64,000 nucleotides of DNA from an uncultured Bacteroidales bacterium (GTDB lineage: Bacteria; Bacteroidota; Bacteroidia; Bacteroidales; VadinHA17): positions 12,941 to 76,940 of the forward strand of contig CAVXUP010000008.1 of NCBI GenBank assembly GCA_963765005.1, read 5' to 3'. The first letter of the stretch is position 1, and every line of letters begins with the position of its first letter. The notes beneath the pieces were generated by a model, which had not been told where the DNA came from, searched no databases, and saw nothing but the letters and a program-made list of their open reading frames with translations. Shown here piece after piece: positions 1 through 10,581 of the stretch. The position numbers and the translations under genes are program-made.

Positions 1-244
1 CTCTTATAATAACTAATTAAGTTCTGCCAGGGGACCGTACCTGGTCACTTTCTTTTAAACCGGTAATTTACCCGGTGTAAAGTCATTTTTTTACAAAGGA
101 ATTACCCGGGTTCGGTGTTCCCAGGATTGCTGTATCCGGGATCTAAAAATGTGAATAATGTAAATCCTTTCAGTAATTGTGTAACATCTTACTTTTTTAT
201 TGCAATTAATTTTATGAAATTCATTCAACATGCACCTAAACTGA

Positions 245-934
245 GTGGAAAGTGAAAATCATTTTGTAAAAAGAAGCGGATGGCTGAGAGCCTCCGTACT
301 GGGGGCCAATGATGGCATTCTTTCCACCACCAGCCTCACTATCGGAGTTGCAGCCGCAAGTCTTTCACGCGACCCAATCATACTGGCAACCCTGGCAGGC
401 CTGGTTGCGGGAGCATTGTCAATGGCGGCAGGGGAATATGTTTCTGTAAGTTCGCAGCTGGATGTTGAAACCGAAGATTTAAACAGAGAAAAGAATGAAC
501 TTGCCAGCTCACCGGATAATGAATTAAACGAATTAGCTGCAATATATGAAGCCAGAGGGCTTAAAAGCGAACTGGCAATGGAAGCAGCAAAACAACTTAC
601 TGCTCATAATGCTCTGGAAGCTCACGCAAGAGATGAATTGGGTATTAATGAAATTTCCAGGGCAAAGCCCCTGCAAGCTGCCTTTGCATCTGCAATTTCG
701 TTCATAGCCGGAGGAATATTTCCTCTGTTAATAGCTATTTTTGCACCCCTGAAACAGATGATATTTTTCCAATATGGGTTCTCAATCCTTTTCCTTGCTC
801 TGTCAGGAACCCTTGCAGCAAAAGTCGGAGGATCTTCAATCGGCAAATCTGTATTGAGAATCTGTATCTGGGGGACGATTGCAATGGCAATGTCAGCATT
901 GATAGGGTATTTATTTGGAGTCAGCATGAATTAG
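245..934 (+). CDS. VIT1/CCC1-family iron/manganese transporter
   Basis: 229-aa ORF with GTG start. N-terminal WLRASVLGANDGILSTTSL segment plus C-terminal multi-TM block, typical of the VIT family. Confidence 0.85.
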   Translation: MESENHFVKRSGWLRASVLGANDGILSTTSLTIGVAAASLSRDPIILATLAGLVAGALSMAAGEYVSVSSQLDVETEDLNREKNELASSPDNELNELAAIYEARGLKSELAMEAAKQLTAHNALEAHARDELGINEISRAKPLQAAFASAISFIAGGIFPLLIAIFAPLKQMIFFQYGFSILFLALSGTLAAKVGGSSIGKSVLRICIWGTIAMAMSALIGYLFGVSMN

Positions 935-949
935 GCAAAGAGCCTGTTT

Positions 950-3601
950 TCACACGGCTTTCTTCGAAATTCTGATAAATAGCTTAAGAAACTCATTCAA
1001 AACCAGGGGAGTAAATCCCAGGGCAAAAATAATTCCCCATGCCCTGATATCAGGCATCTGCAAATGAAATGCACTTCTTATTGCCGGTATCCCGACCACA
1101 ACAAGTTGAAGGGCCAGACCTGTCAGAATTGCTCCCACAAGGTATTTATTAGAAAAGATCCCGATCGAGAAAATGGATTTGCGCTCATTCCTGAAAGCCA
1201 GTGAATAAACCAGCTGACCAACCACCAGCACCATGAAAGCCATGGTCCTGGCATATTCAATTATATTTTGTGGCACCTGCTTATTAAAAGGTGAGTATCC
1301 ATGCTCATAATACCCAAAAAAGTAAGCGGAGATGGTCAATGCTCCGATTAAAAATCCCCCGAGCAAAGCACGCATACCGGCGCCGTTTGCAAAGAAACTC
1401 TCTTTTGCAGGACGTGGCTTTTCTTTCATTACATCCGGGTTTCCCGGATCCATACCCAGGGCTATGGCAGGAAGGGAATCGGTGATAAGGTTTATCCACA
1501 ATAGTTGCGTGGCAATCAGAGGGACTTTCCAGCCCAGGATCAGTGCCACGAATATGGTAATCACCTCGCCAAGATTACAGGTGATCAGAAAAATTACGGA
1601 CTTTTTAATGTTATTGTAAATATTTCTTCCCTGCTCGATTGCGGTAACAATTGTTGAAAAATTATCATCAGTGAGAATCATGTCGGAGGCACCTTTTGCA
1701 ACGTCAGTTCCTGTAATGCCCATCGCAACTCCTATATCGGCAGTATTTAATGATGGCGCATCGTTTACACCGTCGCCCGTCATGGAAACAACGTTGCCCC
1801 GGGATTTCAGGGCACGCACAATTCTTACTTTATGTTCGGGGGAGACACGTGCAAAAACATAATAATTATAAATCCTTTCAGAGAATTCCAGTTCAGTAAG
1901 TTCATCGATTTCCAAGCCGGTAATAGTCTGCTCTATTTTTTCTGCAATTCCAAGCTGAAAAGCAATGGCGAAGGCGGTATTCTTATGATCCCCGGTTATC
2001 ATTAGCGTTTTGACCCCGGCTCTTTTTGCTTTTTCAATGGAGTCCTTAACTTCCGCCCTGGGAGGATCGATCATTCCTACCAGGCCAACAAGAATCAGGT
2101 CTTTTTCCATTTCAGACGGGTCAATCGTTCCCTTTACCTGCTTATAAGCTGCTCCGAGTGTGCGCAGAGCCTGATCAGACATAGTAACAGCTGCATCAAG
2201 GTATCTCTTTTTGTGAGCCACGGTTAATGGAATAGTTTTTCCTCCCTCTGAAACCTGAGTGCAGATTTCAATCAGGCTCCCGATGGCGCCTTTCGCATAT
2301 ACCATAAACAGCCCGTTTTCTTCAACCAGTGTTGACATTAACTTGCGGTCAGAATCAAATGCTGATTCATCAATACGCCTGCTGCTGTATTGCAATGTTT
2401 TACGGTCAATCCCCAGCTTGTCGCCCATAACGAGTAAGGCGATTTCGGTTGGATCTCCGGTCCCTTTCCCATTATCATAGCTTGCATCCGAGCAAAGGAT
2501 CATGACTTTTGCCAGAAATTTTAATTCTTCTGAAGTCGTAGATTCCATTCCGACGTTCAAGAAACCTTCATTGGTGAAGCAGCTTGTAACCGTCATTTTA
2601 TTTTGTGTTAAGGTGCCTGTCTTGTCGGAGCAGATAATATTCAGTGAACCCAGGGTTTCAACAGCAGACAGTTTTTTAATGATTGTATTTTTTTTCGACA
2701 GGTTGGTTACGCCAATAGCCAGCACGACTGCCACGATTGCAGCTAATCCCTCGGGTATGGCGGCTACGGCGAGTGAAACCGACATCAGGAACATTTCAGA
2801 CAAATCCCTTCCCTGAAACATTGCAATGATGAAAATCAATACACAGATTACAATTGCAATGATCCCTAAGATTTTTCCAAGTTTATCCAGACGGATTTCC
2901 AATGGGGTTCTCGACTTGACCTCAGTATTAATGATAGAAGCTATCTTACCAATTTCGGTATTCATGCCAGTTCCCACTACCACCCCGAATCCCCTCCCGC
3001 TGGTAATGATTGTCGACATAAAACCTAAGTTTAACCGGTCTCCCAGGGGGGTTTTCAGATCAGTTTGAATAAGGGAAGCGTCTTTTTCTGAGGGAACTGA
3101 TTCGCCTGTTAAAGAGGATTCATCTACCTGAAGATTAATTGATTCAACAAGGCGAATATCTGCAGAAATGATTCTTCCGGTATCAAGGATAAGAATGTCC
3201 CCGGGAACAATTTCTTCAGAATCAATCTCCTTTACTACTCCGTTTCTGCGAACGAGTGCTTTGGGGAATGTTAGTTTCTGAAGGGCTTCAATCGCTTTCC
3301 CGGCTTTGACTTCCTGAACAACACCCAGGAAAGCATTAATATTTATAACCAATAAAATTATAGCTGCATCAACGTACTCCCCCATAAAAATGGTTATAAC
3401 CACTGCTCCCAGCAGGATATAAATCAGCCAGTTTTTCAGCTGTGCAATAAACATCAGGAGTATGCTTTTCTTTTTTTCAGCCAGTAACTTATTCACACCA
3501 TATTTCTCCAATCTGGTTGAGGCTTCTTCGTCAGAAAGGCCATTAGCCTGATCAACGCTTAATTCTTTTAAAACTGCATCTGCTGATTTGGAAAACCACA
3601 T
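950..3601 (-). CDS. P-type cation (Ca2+-type, P2) transporting ATPase
   Basis: 883 aa. Carries LTGESVP, the phosphorylation motif CSDKTGTLT, the hinge MTGDGVNDAPSL, and 10-TM architecture. Confidence 0.95.
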   Translation of the reverse strand: MWFSKSADAVLKELSVDQANGLSDEEASTRLEKYGVNKLLAEKKKSILLMFIAQLKNWLIYILLGAVVITIFMGEYVDAAIILLVININAFLGVVQEVKAGKAIEALQKLTFPKALVRRNGVVKEIDSEEIVPGDILILDTGRIISADIRLVESINLQVDESSLTGESVPSEKDASLIQTDLKTPLGDRLNLGFMSTIITSGRGFGVVVGTGMNTEIGKIASIINTEVKSRTPLEIRLDKLGKILGIIAIVICVLIFIIAMFQGRDLSEMFLMSVSLAVAAIPEGLAAIVAVVLAIGVTNLSKKNTIIKKLSAVETLGSLNIICSDKTGTLTQNKMTVTSCFTNEGFLNVGMESTTSEELKFLAKVMILCSDASYDNGKGTGDPTEIALLVMGDKLGIDRKTLQYSSRRIDESAFDSDRKLMSTLVEENGLFMVYAKGAIGSLIEICTQVSEGGKTIPLTVAHKKRYLDAAVTMSDQALRTLGAAYKQVKGTIDPSEMEKDLILVGLVGMIDPPRAEVKDSIEKAKRAGVKTLMITGDHKNTAFAIAFQLGIAEKIEQTITGLEIDELTELEFSERIYNYYVFARVSPEHKVRIVRALKSRGNVVSMTGDGVNDAPSLNTADIGVAMGITGTDVAKGASDMILTDDNFSTIVTAIEQGRNIYNNIKKSVIFLITCNLGEVITIFVALILGWKVPLIATQLLWINLITDSLPAIALGMDPGNPDVMKEKPRPAKESFFANGAGMRALLGGFLIGALTISAYFFGYYEHGYSPFNKQVPQNIIEYARTMAFMVLVVGQLVYSLAFRNERKSIFSIGIFSNKYLVGAILTGLALQLVVVGIPAIRSAFHLQMPDIRAWGIIFALGFTPLVLNEFLKLFIRISKKAV

Positions 3602-3809
3602 GTTTTGTTTCAGATTGGATTATTAAAATGCAATTTAGGCTCCCGCTGGGAAAAAGCGTTATATAATAATTGCAAAGACTTGCATATTTCATTGACATTT
3701 TGCACCATGGTGGATGTCGCCAGGCGTCAACCTTGCTTCATTACCGGACACTAAGTGCATTTAGGTTGTGATAGTAAGATTCTGAACAAATAATATGAAC
3801 AGAGAATAT

Positions 3810-5333
3810 TTATTCTGAAGTAAATACGACTCTGTATGTTTTGACAACGCCTTTATAATCAAATCGCACAAAAGCCGTTCCGGTTTTCGAGTCAGCCTGA
3901 GTAATTGCAACTTTTACATCACGATCGCTCGCTGATGCCGATACGGCCGGTATTCCGGTTATGTTTGACGGAAGCTTATAAGCAGTCTCATATAGATCAA
4001 GACCGGTAATACCATTGGCATTTGTGGACCTGACCGGAGTTGCGGGCAGCTCCAGGGCCTCTCCGTTGACCCTGATACTTACTGTTGGCACAGCCGGACG
4101 AGTTATTTGCTTTTTCTTTGAACTGAACCCCAATCCGGCTAAGTCGCAAAGACCGCCCGGGTCAGGACTTTCGGCCACAAGGAAAATTGCATGCTTTTTG
4201 TCGAGCTTGTCAACAAACGCTGAAACGTCAATAGTGAATTTTGTTGTTTCCTGTGCAGAATTTGCCGGCACTTTTATTTCACCGATTTTTTTACCCTTCC
4301 AGGTATCATTGTCCCATGGTCCGTCTAACCAGACGCTGACCTTGAATGCGTTTTTTGTCTTAGGAACAAGGAACAGATTAAATGCTGTTTTATTCCCGGG
4401 TTTGGTCCCTTTGAAGGCCTTCAAACCTTTCTTGTCCTTGTCGAGCCCTCCGAAGCCAAAATACTTGTATCCTATAATGTGACCGTTCTCCACATTTGTT
4501 ATGGGCATGTTATTATCCCAGATATCCCACGAATCCTGCTGGCTGTTGAGGCTTGAAAGATAGCAGGCGTACCCCGCGGAATAATATTGATAAGGATCGA
4601 GTCCGTAGATGTGGAAGCCTTCCGAAGTTACTTCAGCGCCTGTATATTCTTTGCCCTGACTATCCTTTGCAGTCCAGGTATTATCCTCCGAATAGGGGTT
4701 ATAGCCTCTGATGGTAACTTTCCCGCCTTCTGCCACCGGCTTTTCATCCCATTTAATCGTGACCGGAGCTACCATCGCCTGGCGTGCATTTCCGAATCCC
4801 CTTGGCGCCCTGTGATAGAACACATACCACTGGTCGTTGATCAGCTCAATGCTGCCATGAGTATTATGTCCCGAATATCTCGTCTGCAGTGTGGATCCGT
4901 CCTGACCCGGCACCACCGCACGTGAATCTACAAGAACGCCGCCGCTTTTCCACGGACCCAGCGGAGAGTCACCAAAGGCGTAACGTAACGCCGAGTTGGT
5001 ACTGCTAAGTCCATATTCAGGTCCTGAGTATCCGCTGTAAACCCAAACATATTTATTACCAACCTTACGAATGGACGCGGCTTCAAAAAAGTTGAACGAA
5101 CCAAGATCCTGATCAGGATAGACACTGGGATAGACTGTCCCTTCGGGGTCTCTGATGACACCGTATCTGGAGCTGGCTGGAATAAAATAGCCAATGGCCT
5201 GGGTTCCCGGTTTGAGCGAATACATTGTTTTCTGATCCAGCTGACCCGCTGACGACCTTTGGAATCCCCAGAAACCGTATGCTCTGAAACCTGTCTCAAA
5301 ATCAGGGTCTTTCAGGATTAGTAACGTATTCAA
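3810..5333 (-). CDS. GH43-family glycoside hydrolase, C-terminal fragment (rest of beta-propeller, CBM6/35-like domain, C-terminal Ig-like domain)
   Basis: The ORF continues the GH43 propeller begun in 5302-5919. It is separated from that ORF only by a 1-nt frame change at the T3 run 5310-5312. The track start is an internal TTG. Confidence 0.85.
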   Translation of the reverse strand: MNTLLILKDPDFETGFRAYGFWGFQRSSAGQLDQKTMYSLKPGTQAIGYFIPASSRYGVIRDPEGTVYPSVYPDQDLGSFNFFEAASIRKVGNKYVWVYSGYSGPEYGLSSTNSALRYAFGDSPLGPWKSGGVLVDSRAVVPGQDGSTLQTRYSGHNTHGSIELINDQWYVFYHRAPRGFGNARQAMVAPVTIKWDEKPVAEGGKVTIRGYNPYSEDNTWTAKDSQGKEYTGAEVTSEGFHIYGLDPYQYYSAGYACYLSSLNSQQDSWDIWDNNMPITNVENGHIIGYKYFGFGGLDKDKKGLKAFKGTKPGNKTAFNLFLVPKTKNAFKVSVWLDGPWDNDTWKGKKIGEIKVPANSAQETTKFTIDVSAFVDKLDKKHAIFLVAESPDPGGLCDLAGLGFSSKKKQITRPAVPTVSIRVNGEALELPATPVRSTNANGITGLDLYETAYKLPSNITGIPAVSASASDRDVKVAITQADSKTGTAFVRFDYKGVVKTYRVVFTSE

Positions 5334-5919
5334 TAAATACTGACGGATCGAATCCCATGGTACTTCCGGGTACAGTACCCATTCCGTCGGCAGTCATGTT
5401 GACTGGGGTAAAGGGACCATCCGGACGGCTTCCTTTGGCCACCATCGCTTCTCTGTTCCGGCCACGGCTGTGCGGGTAGAGGTAGTATTCCTTAGTGCCG
5501 TCTTTTCTTTTTACCTCGACGAGGTCAGGAGCATACATAACATCCCACTGTCCGCTGATCGGGTATGTAAATATTGGTCCTTCATCACGCCAGTCGGACA
5601 AGTCCTCCACAGGTGCCGACCAGGCCCTTATGTCCGGTCCGCAATAACTCTTAAATCTGACATCGTGCGATCCGATAATATAGATGCGGTATTTTCCCGG
5701 TTTGTCGGGATCCTCAAAAACACGCGGCTCTCCGTCGGGCAAATGCTCCCATAGCGGCAGATACGAATTGCCAGATGTACGGTATGTGGGTTTGGCAGAC
5801 CGCGGGTTGTTTTTCGCTTGATTATTGTCTCCTCTCGATTCTTTTACAGATAACACAAGCGTAAACACCAATAATAAAACTATTTGCGACCTTTTCAAAA
5901 CAGATTTAACTTTCCTCAT
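5302..5919 (-). CDS. GH43-family glycoside hydrolase, N-terminal fragment with signal peptide
   Basis: Likely ATG at 5919 (MRKVKSVLKRSQIVLLLVFTLVLS, a signal peptide). The GH43-like blades end prematurely at 5302. Confidence 0.8.
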   Translation of the reverse strand: MRKVKSVLKRSQIVLLLVFTLVLSVKESRGDNNQAKNNPRSAKPTYRTSGNSYLPLWEHLPDGEPRVFEDPDKPGKYRIYIIGSHDVRFKSYCGPDIRAWSAPVEDLSDWRDEGPIFTYPISGQWDVMYAPDLVEVKRKDGTKEYYLYPHSRGRNREAMVAKGSRPDGPFTPVNMTADGMGTVPGSTMGFDPSVFIEYVTNPERP

Positions 5920-6151
5920 TTTAATTTTTTTTACACCGCTTTTCGAATTTGTTTTTAGGAGAACCATGTATTCCTTTAGCGAAATTAATTGAATTGTTGA
6001 ATTGTCGAAACAATATTTTTCACGTATATTTAAATACATGAATAGGAAGTACTTTAAATGACCAGACTGATCAACTTTTATAAAAGAATTACAACTTATA
6101 ATGCAGCTTATTCGTAGTTTAAAATAATAAATTTAAGCAGGAGGCAAACCA

Positions 6152-8638
6152 ATGAAATTATTTAAAGCAGGTACTTCATCAAAAAAAATCCTGGTTATCA
6201 TGGGATTCCTTGCAGGTATAGCAATATTACATTTTGCCTGCAATAAAACCGAAGATTATCCCAGAAAACCAGAGCGACTTGGATCCGGCAAAGTAAAGTG
6301 GGCAGAAACACTGACTCCGGACGGTTGGACTATTGTAACAAATGAAGGCGGGGTTACCCTCGGATATTCAAAGAGTTCCGGGCTTCAGCTTATCCAGGCC
6401 GACAAATATGCCTTCAAAGATCTTAACAGGAACAACCTTCTGGATCAATTTGAAGACTGGCGCGTTGACTTTAAAATAAGAGCCTCAGGCATGGTGAATG
6501 AGATCCCTGTTGATCAGATGATGGGCATGAAAATGAACCCATTCGGTATCGGGAGTGTCAATGCTGAATCATTGGATACTGTCATTAAAAACAGATTGGA
6601 AACAGGCTACAGACAACTACGGGCACCCGGAGCGAATACAACCGGAAAGGTTAAGGCTTCATGGAACAATATGGTACAGGAGTACATAGAATCGCTCGAC
6701 AGTATAGTCTGTATTCCTGCGGTCTGGATTGCCGATCCAAGATCAGGAGACGTATCCGACTGGCCAAGCAACCTTGCAATAGCTGCAACTTTTGATCCTG
6801 AGGTCGGAGCCGAATACGGAAGACTAATGTCAGAAGAATGGAGGGCAATGGGAATATCGATGCAGGTCGCAACACAGATGGACCTGGCTACAGAACCGCG
6901 CTGGAAGAGGATCTCCGGTACCTTCGGCGAAGACCCCGCCCTGTCGGTGGATATGGCCAGAGCAGTAATTAACGCATGGCAATCTACTTATGACACAGCC
7001 GGAAATGATCTGGGCTGGGGCGAACACAGTGTGAACAACCAGATGAAGCACTGGCCCGGAGATGGTGCTGCTGAAGGCGGACGTGAGTCGCATACCCGTG
7101 ATGGGGCATACAACGTATTCCCGGGCGGTCAGTTTTTTACACATCTCCTGCCATTTGTTGCGTGTATGGATTTACCGGGCAAGACTGAAACTGTAACCGC
7201 TGCCATGACAAACTTCTCTGTAGGTATTGAAAAGGATGGTTCGCCTGTTGGTAAGGAGCGCGTTGCATCAAGCTACAGCAAATATAAAATAAACACCATT
7301 TTAAGAGAGAAGTACGGCTGGGATGGCTATATCCTGACAGACTTTGGGATCATTACCGGCAAGAATTTCGGCGTGGAAGATCTGACTCCGGCTGAATGCA
7401 TGTTAGCGATCCTTGAAGCCGGATGCGATGCCTTCGGCGGTGAAGGCAGGTCGGGCAAGAAGGACATAGATCTGGCCATGGAGGCCTATAAGCTCGGAGT
7501 TAAAAAGCTGGGTGAGGAAGCAATGAACGAGCTTATGAGACACTCGACTGAAAGAATCCTGAGAACCCACTTTAACATTGGGATTGTTGACAATCCATAC
7601 CTGAGCATTGAGAAAGCCGAAACAGTTCCAAACAATGCCGAACATAACGCCCGCGGTTACCAGGCGATGCTCAGATCAGTCGTGATGCTGAAGAATACCG
7701 GCGGCATTATTCAACAGTCACCGGAAGGAGCAGGAAAAAAGACAGTGTATATCCCCAGGGTATATTCTGCAGCAACTACAGGTCGGCAAGCAAGTGCAGC
7801 AACTGCCAATCCTGCATTTAATCCCGAAGTGGCCGGAGAGTACTTTAATGTCGTAACTGATGCTCTGGCCGGGAAACTTACAGGCCCGAAGGATGCCGAG
7901 GGCAATCCCACGATATCGCCAAAAGACATCATACGTGCTTCAGCATCAGAAATAGCCAGATGCGACTTCGCCCTTGTCAGAATAAGCAGTCCTCAAAATG
8001 GGAATCCGACCTACATGGGATTCGGAGGCATTGCCACTGACGGCAGTAAATATACATATCTGCCTATTTCACTGCAATATCGACCCTACACAGCAAATTC
8101 AGAATCAGTGCGAAAGGAGTCTATCGGTGGAGATATGATTGAGGTGACAGAGAAATCGCCTGAAGGTTATGGCGATATGAAGTCGCTTGTAAAGGAGAAT
8201 CGGTCATATTTTGGAAAGACTGCTGTCATCAGGAATGAAAGTGATCTGGATCTCGTATTGAATGCCGCATCTGCGGCCAAAAAGGTCATTGTTGCCCTGA
8301 ACGTGTCAAGTCCGATGGTATTCAAGGAATTTGAAAGCAAGGTCGATGCAATCCTTGTGGGATTCGGAGGCGACAGGTCAGCCTATCTGCCCGACAAAGC
8401 ATTCCTTGAGATTATTGCCGGTAAGGCAGAGCCGTCCGGGTTACTGCCACTTCAGATGCCTGCGAATATGGAAACTGTAGAGGCTCAATTCGAGGATGTG
8501 CCGAGAGATATGAAATGTCATGTTGACAGCGACGGCAATACTTATGACTTTGCCTTCGGCCTGAACTGGTCGGGCGTGATCAAAGACATGCGCACTGCAA
8601 AGTATAATGTTGCTCCGATTGTCGGCGAAGTAAAATGA
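6152..8638 (+). CDS. GH3-family glycoside hydrolase (beta-glucosidase/xylosidase-like), lipoprotein
   Basis: 828 aa with a lipobox-like LHFAC. GH3 N-domain signature region TFGEDPALSVDMARAVINAWQ, followed by the alpha/beta sandwich and C-terminal domain. Confidence 0.9.
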   Translation: MKLFKAGTSSKKILVIMGFLAGIAILHFACNKTEDYPRKPERLGSGKVKWAETLTPDGWTIVTNEGGVTLGYSKSSGLQLIQADKYAFKDLNRNNLLDQFEDWRVDFKIRASGMVNEIPVDQMMGMKMNPFGIGSVNAESLDTVIKNRLETGYRQLRAPGANTTGKVKASWNNMVQEYIESLDSIVCIPAVWIADPRSGDVSDWPSNLAIAATFDPEVGAEYGRLMSEEWRAMGISMQVATQMDLATEPRWKRISGTFGEDPALSVDMARAVINAWQSTYDTAGNDLGWGEHSVNNQMKHWPGDGAAEGGRESHTRDGAYNVFPGGQFFTHLLPFVACMDLPGKTETVTAAMTNFSVGIEKDGSPVGKERVASSYSKYKINTILREKYGWDGYILTDFGIITGKNFGVEDLTPAECMLAILEAGCDAFGGEGRSGKKDIDLAMEAYKLGVKKLGEEAMNELMRHSTERILRTHFNIGIVDNPYLSIEKAETVPNNAEHNARGYQAMLRSVVMLKNTGGIIQQSPEGAGKKTVYIPRVYSAATTGRQASAATANPAFNPEVAGEYFNVVTDALAGKLTGPKDAEGNPTISPKDIIRASASEIARCDFALVRISSPQNGNPTYMGFGGIATDGSKYTYLPISLQYRPYTANSESVRKESIGGDMIEVTEKSPEGYGDMKSLVKENRSYFGKTAVIRNESDLDLVLNAASAAKKVIVALNVSSPMVFKEFESKVDAILVGFGGDRSAYLPDKAFLEIIAGKAEPSGLLPLQMPANMETVEAQFEDVPRDMKCHVDSDGNTYDFAFGLNWSGVIKDMRTAKYNVAPIVGEVK

Positions 8639-8678
8639 ACCTGGACAGGCTCTGATAAGGTACAAAGAATTTAAGCCT

Positions 8679-9455
8679 ATGGAAAAATCAGACAATCCCA
8701 AAGCAGCTGATAAAAAAAACCTCCCAATACAAATCAGCAATCTGAAAAAGAAGTTTAAAGACTATTTTTTTGATTTTTTTATGCTCTTTCTGGCGGTCAC
8801 TTTAGGCTTCTTTGTCAATAATCTGAGTGAAACCCGTTCTGACAGGCAAAGGGAAAAGCAATATATGATAAGTCTTGTAAATGATTTAATAGCCGATACA
8901 ACTCAAATCGGGGAAATTCATTCAAGTATCAAAAATCAAATAACCGGAATTGATTCCTTGCTTCGGGTTTTTGAAAACCCGGGTAAAAGGGATTTCATAA
9001 GCAATTTCTACTATTTCGCAGTAAAATATTTAAATTCAGCAACTTTCTTTTCCGGCTCCGACAGAACAATCAGTCAGTTAAAATCCTCAGGAGGATTAAG
9101 GCTCATTCAGAAAATTACGGTATCTGACAGTATAGTGAATTATTACAGTTCAGTAGAAAATGTCAAATATAACACCGAGTTCTGCCTTAAAGAATTCAAT
9201 AAGATATTGGATTATGAGAAGGAAATGATGGATTTCAAATATCTGAGAGTCTATAAAATAGATTCACTTCCTCAAATAAAGGATTTAGAATTGCTGGTAA
9301 ATGAACCGGTTAAAATTAGCCAGTTTTATAATCAGGTGATATCCTATCTCAGCTCATTAATTAACTATAATATTCTCATTAAAGATTTAAAACTTGAAGC
9401 TGAGTCCTTAATGAATTTAGTCAAGGAAAGTTATAATCTTAAAGATGCTTCCTGA
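8679..9455 (+). CDS. Hypothetical N-terminally anchored membrane protein (architecture resembles DUF6090)
   Basis: 258 aa. Basic N-terminus, a single TM (FFDFFMLFLAVTLGFFV), then a soluble helical domain. The family assignment is from memory only. Confidence 0.7.
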   Translation: MEKSDNPKAADKKNLPIQISNLKKKFKDYFFDFFMLFLAVTLGFFVNNLSETRSDRQREKQYMISLVNDLIADTTQIGEIHSSIKNQITGIDSLLRVFENPGKRDFISNFYYFAVKYLNSATFFSGSDRTISQLKSSGGLRLIQKITVSDSIVNYYSSVENVKYNTEFCLKEFNKILDYEKEMMDFKYLRVYKIDSLPQIKDLELLVNEPVKISQFYNQVISYLSSLINYNILIKDLKLEAESLMNLVKESYNLKDAS

Positions 9456-9463
9456 AAATATGA

Positions 9464-9625
9464 GCACACCTAATCACCGGAATAATCTGCGGGTATCGTG
9501 TGGAGGAAATCCAGGATCCGCTAACTCAGAAGGTCCGGTATCTCGATAAACTGGTTGATGAATTAGCGAAAGGGAGGAAGATGGAGAGGATTTTACGTGG
9601 CTCGCAGGATGCCGAAAAACCTTAG
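9464..9625 (+). pseudogene. 3' fragment of a DUF2200-family gene (C-terminal 53 codons only)
   Basis: Frame-2 translation [53 protein letters not shown] matches the conserved C-terminus of DUF2200 proteins as I recall them. It is preceded by an in-frame TGA at 9461-9463 and has no N-terminal part. Confidence 0.6.
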
Positions 9626-9648
9626 GGCCGTTGAGCCGACTAAATGCT

Positions 9649-10578
9649 ATGAATACTAATCTCATCAGTTTAAGAGCACAAAATCTCACAAAGACTTTCA
9701 ATGGTTTTGTTGCCGTAGAGAACCTTTCTGTTGAAATTGGGTTTGGAGAGATATTTGGATTACTTGGACCAAACGGAGCGGGAAAAACAACCTCTATCAG
9801 GATGATTACCGGTCTGTTAAAACCTGATTCAGGAAAAGTTGATTTCAATGTAAAAACCAACAACAAAAATAACGACATACTAAAAGTAGGGCTATGCCCG
9901 CAGGAACTGGTGTTATGGAATAATCTGACATGCCTCGAACAACTTGTTTTTATTGCTGAAATGTATAACGTTCCTGCCCCGGTTGCACGAGGGCGTGCGA
10001 AAATGCTTCTTGAGAAGATCGGCCTTTCTGAAAAAAGTAAAAAACTTGTCAAAACTCTTTCGGGGGGAATGCAGCGAAGAATGAATCTGATAATGGCTCT
10101 GATGCATGATCCGGAGATTCTGATACTTGATGAGCCTGAAGCAGGACTTGATCCACAGAGTCGCGTGATGGTCAGGGATTTCATATACTCATTATCGAAA
10201 ACCAAAACAGTGATTTTCACGACTCATAATATGGATGAGGCAGACCGCATTTGCGATCGGATTGCGATTATGGATCATGGCAAAATACTGATTTCAGATT
10301 CGCCTGAGAACCTTAAACGTAACATCGGGAAAAGAGATAAACTTGAAATCCACTTTTCAGGCCAGGCTATTCAGCTTAATGATATATCTAACCTTGCTGA
10401 TGAAGTTGAATTAAAAGAATCCTCAGTAATATTTAAATCGAAAGCAATAATTGACAGGATCCCATATATACTCGAATCATTGAAAAACAATGGCATTACA
10501 ATTACCGGTATGCATTTGAGTGAGAATACTCTTGAAGATGTATTTATTGCACTAACCGGACGAAAACTAAGAGAATAA
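9649..10578 (+). CDS. ABC transporter ATP-binding protein (ABC-2/drug-exporter type)
   Basis: Walker A GPNGAGKTT, signature LSGGMQRR, Walker B ILILDEP. ATG at 9649; the track start at 9631 is TTG. Confidence 0.92.
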   Translation: MNTNLISLRAQNLTKTFNGFVAVENLSVEIGFGEIFGLLGPNGAGKTTSIRMITGLLKPDSGKVDFNVKTNNKNNDILKVGLCPQELVLWNNLTCLEQLVFIAEMYNVPAPVARGRAKMLLEKIGLSEKSKKLVKTLSGGMQRRMNLIMALMHDPEILILDEPEAGLDPQSRVMVRDFIYSLSKTKTVIFTTHNMDEADRICDRIAIMDHGKILISDSPENLKRNIGKRDKLEIHFSGQAIQLNDISNLADEVELKESSVIFKSKAIIDRIPYILESLKNNGITITGMHLSENTLEDVFIALTGRKLRE

Positions 10579-10581
10579 GCT

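Noticed and set aside
28-60. A hairpin (ccagg N8 cctgg) followed by a T-rich tract near the window start, considered as a terminator. Two AATTACCCGG-like motifs at about 64-112 were considered as operator sites for the VIT gene.
   Set aside because: The stem is only 5 bp and the motif copies are imperfect. This is insufficient without comparative data.
9460-9549. A 29-codon ATG ORF ([29 protein letters not shown]) just upstream of the ABC exporter, considered as a RiPP/bacteriocin precursor.
   Set aside because: The same DNA read in the adjacent frame gives a long, clean match to the conserved DUF2200 C-terminus. The small ORF is therefore most simply an out-of-frame shadow of that gene fragment.
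9456-9630. A GC-richer intergenic stretch, considered as a riboswitch or structured ncRNA controlling the ABC transporter.
   Set aside because: It is explained by the DUF2200 3' fragment. I could not match any riboswitch consensus or find convincing conserved helices.
9474-10220. Long antisense ORFs, including 9474-10220, 18183-18827, 37385-38056, 38391-38912, 39370-39903 and the many ORFs opposite the adhesin.
   Set aside because: Each lies opposite a strongly supported gene with recognisable motifs. Their translations are low-complexity or Cys/Arg-rich shadow sequences.
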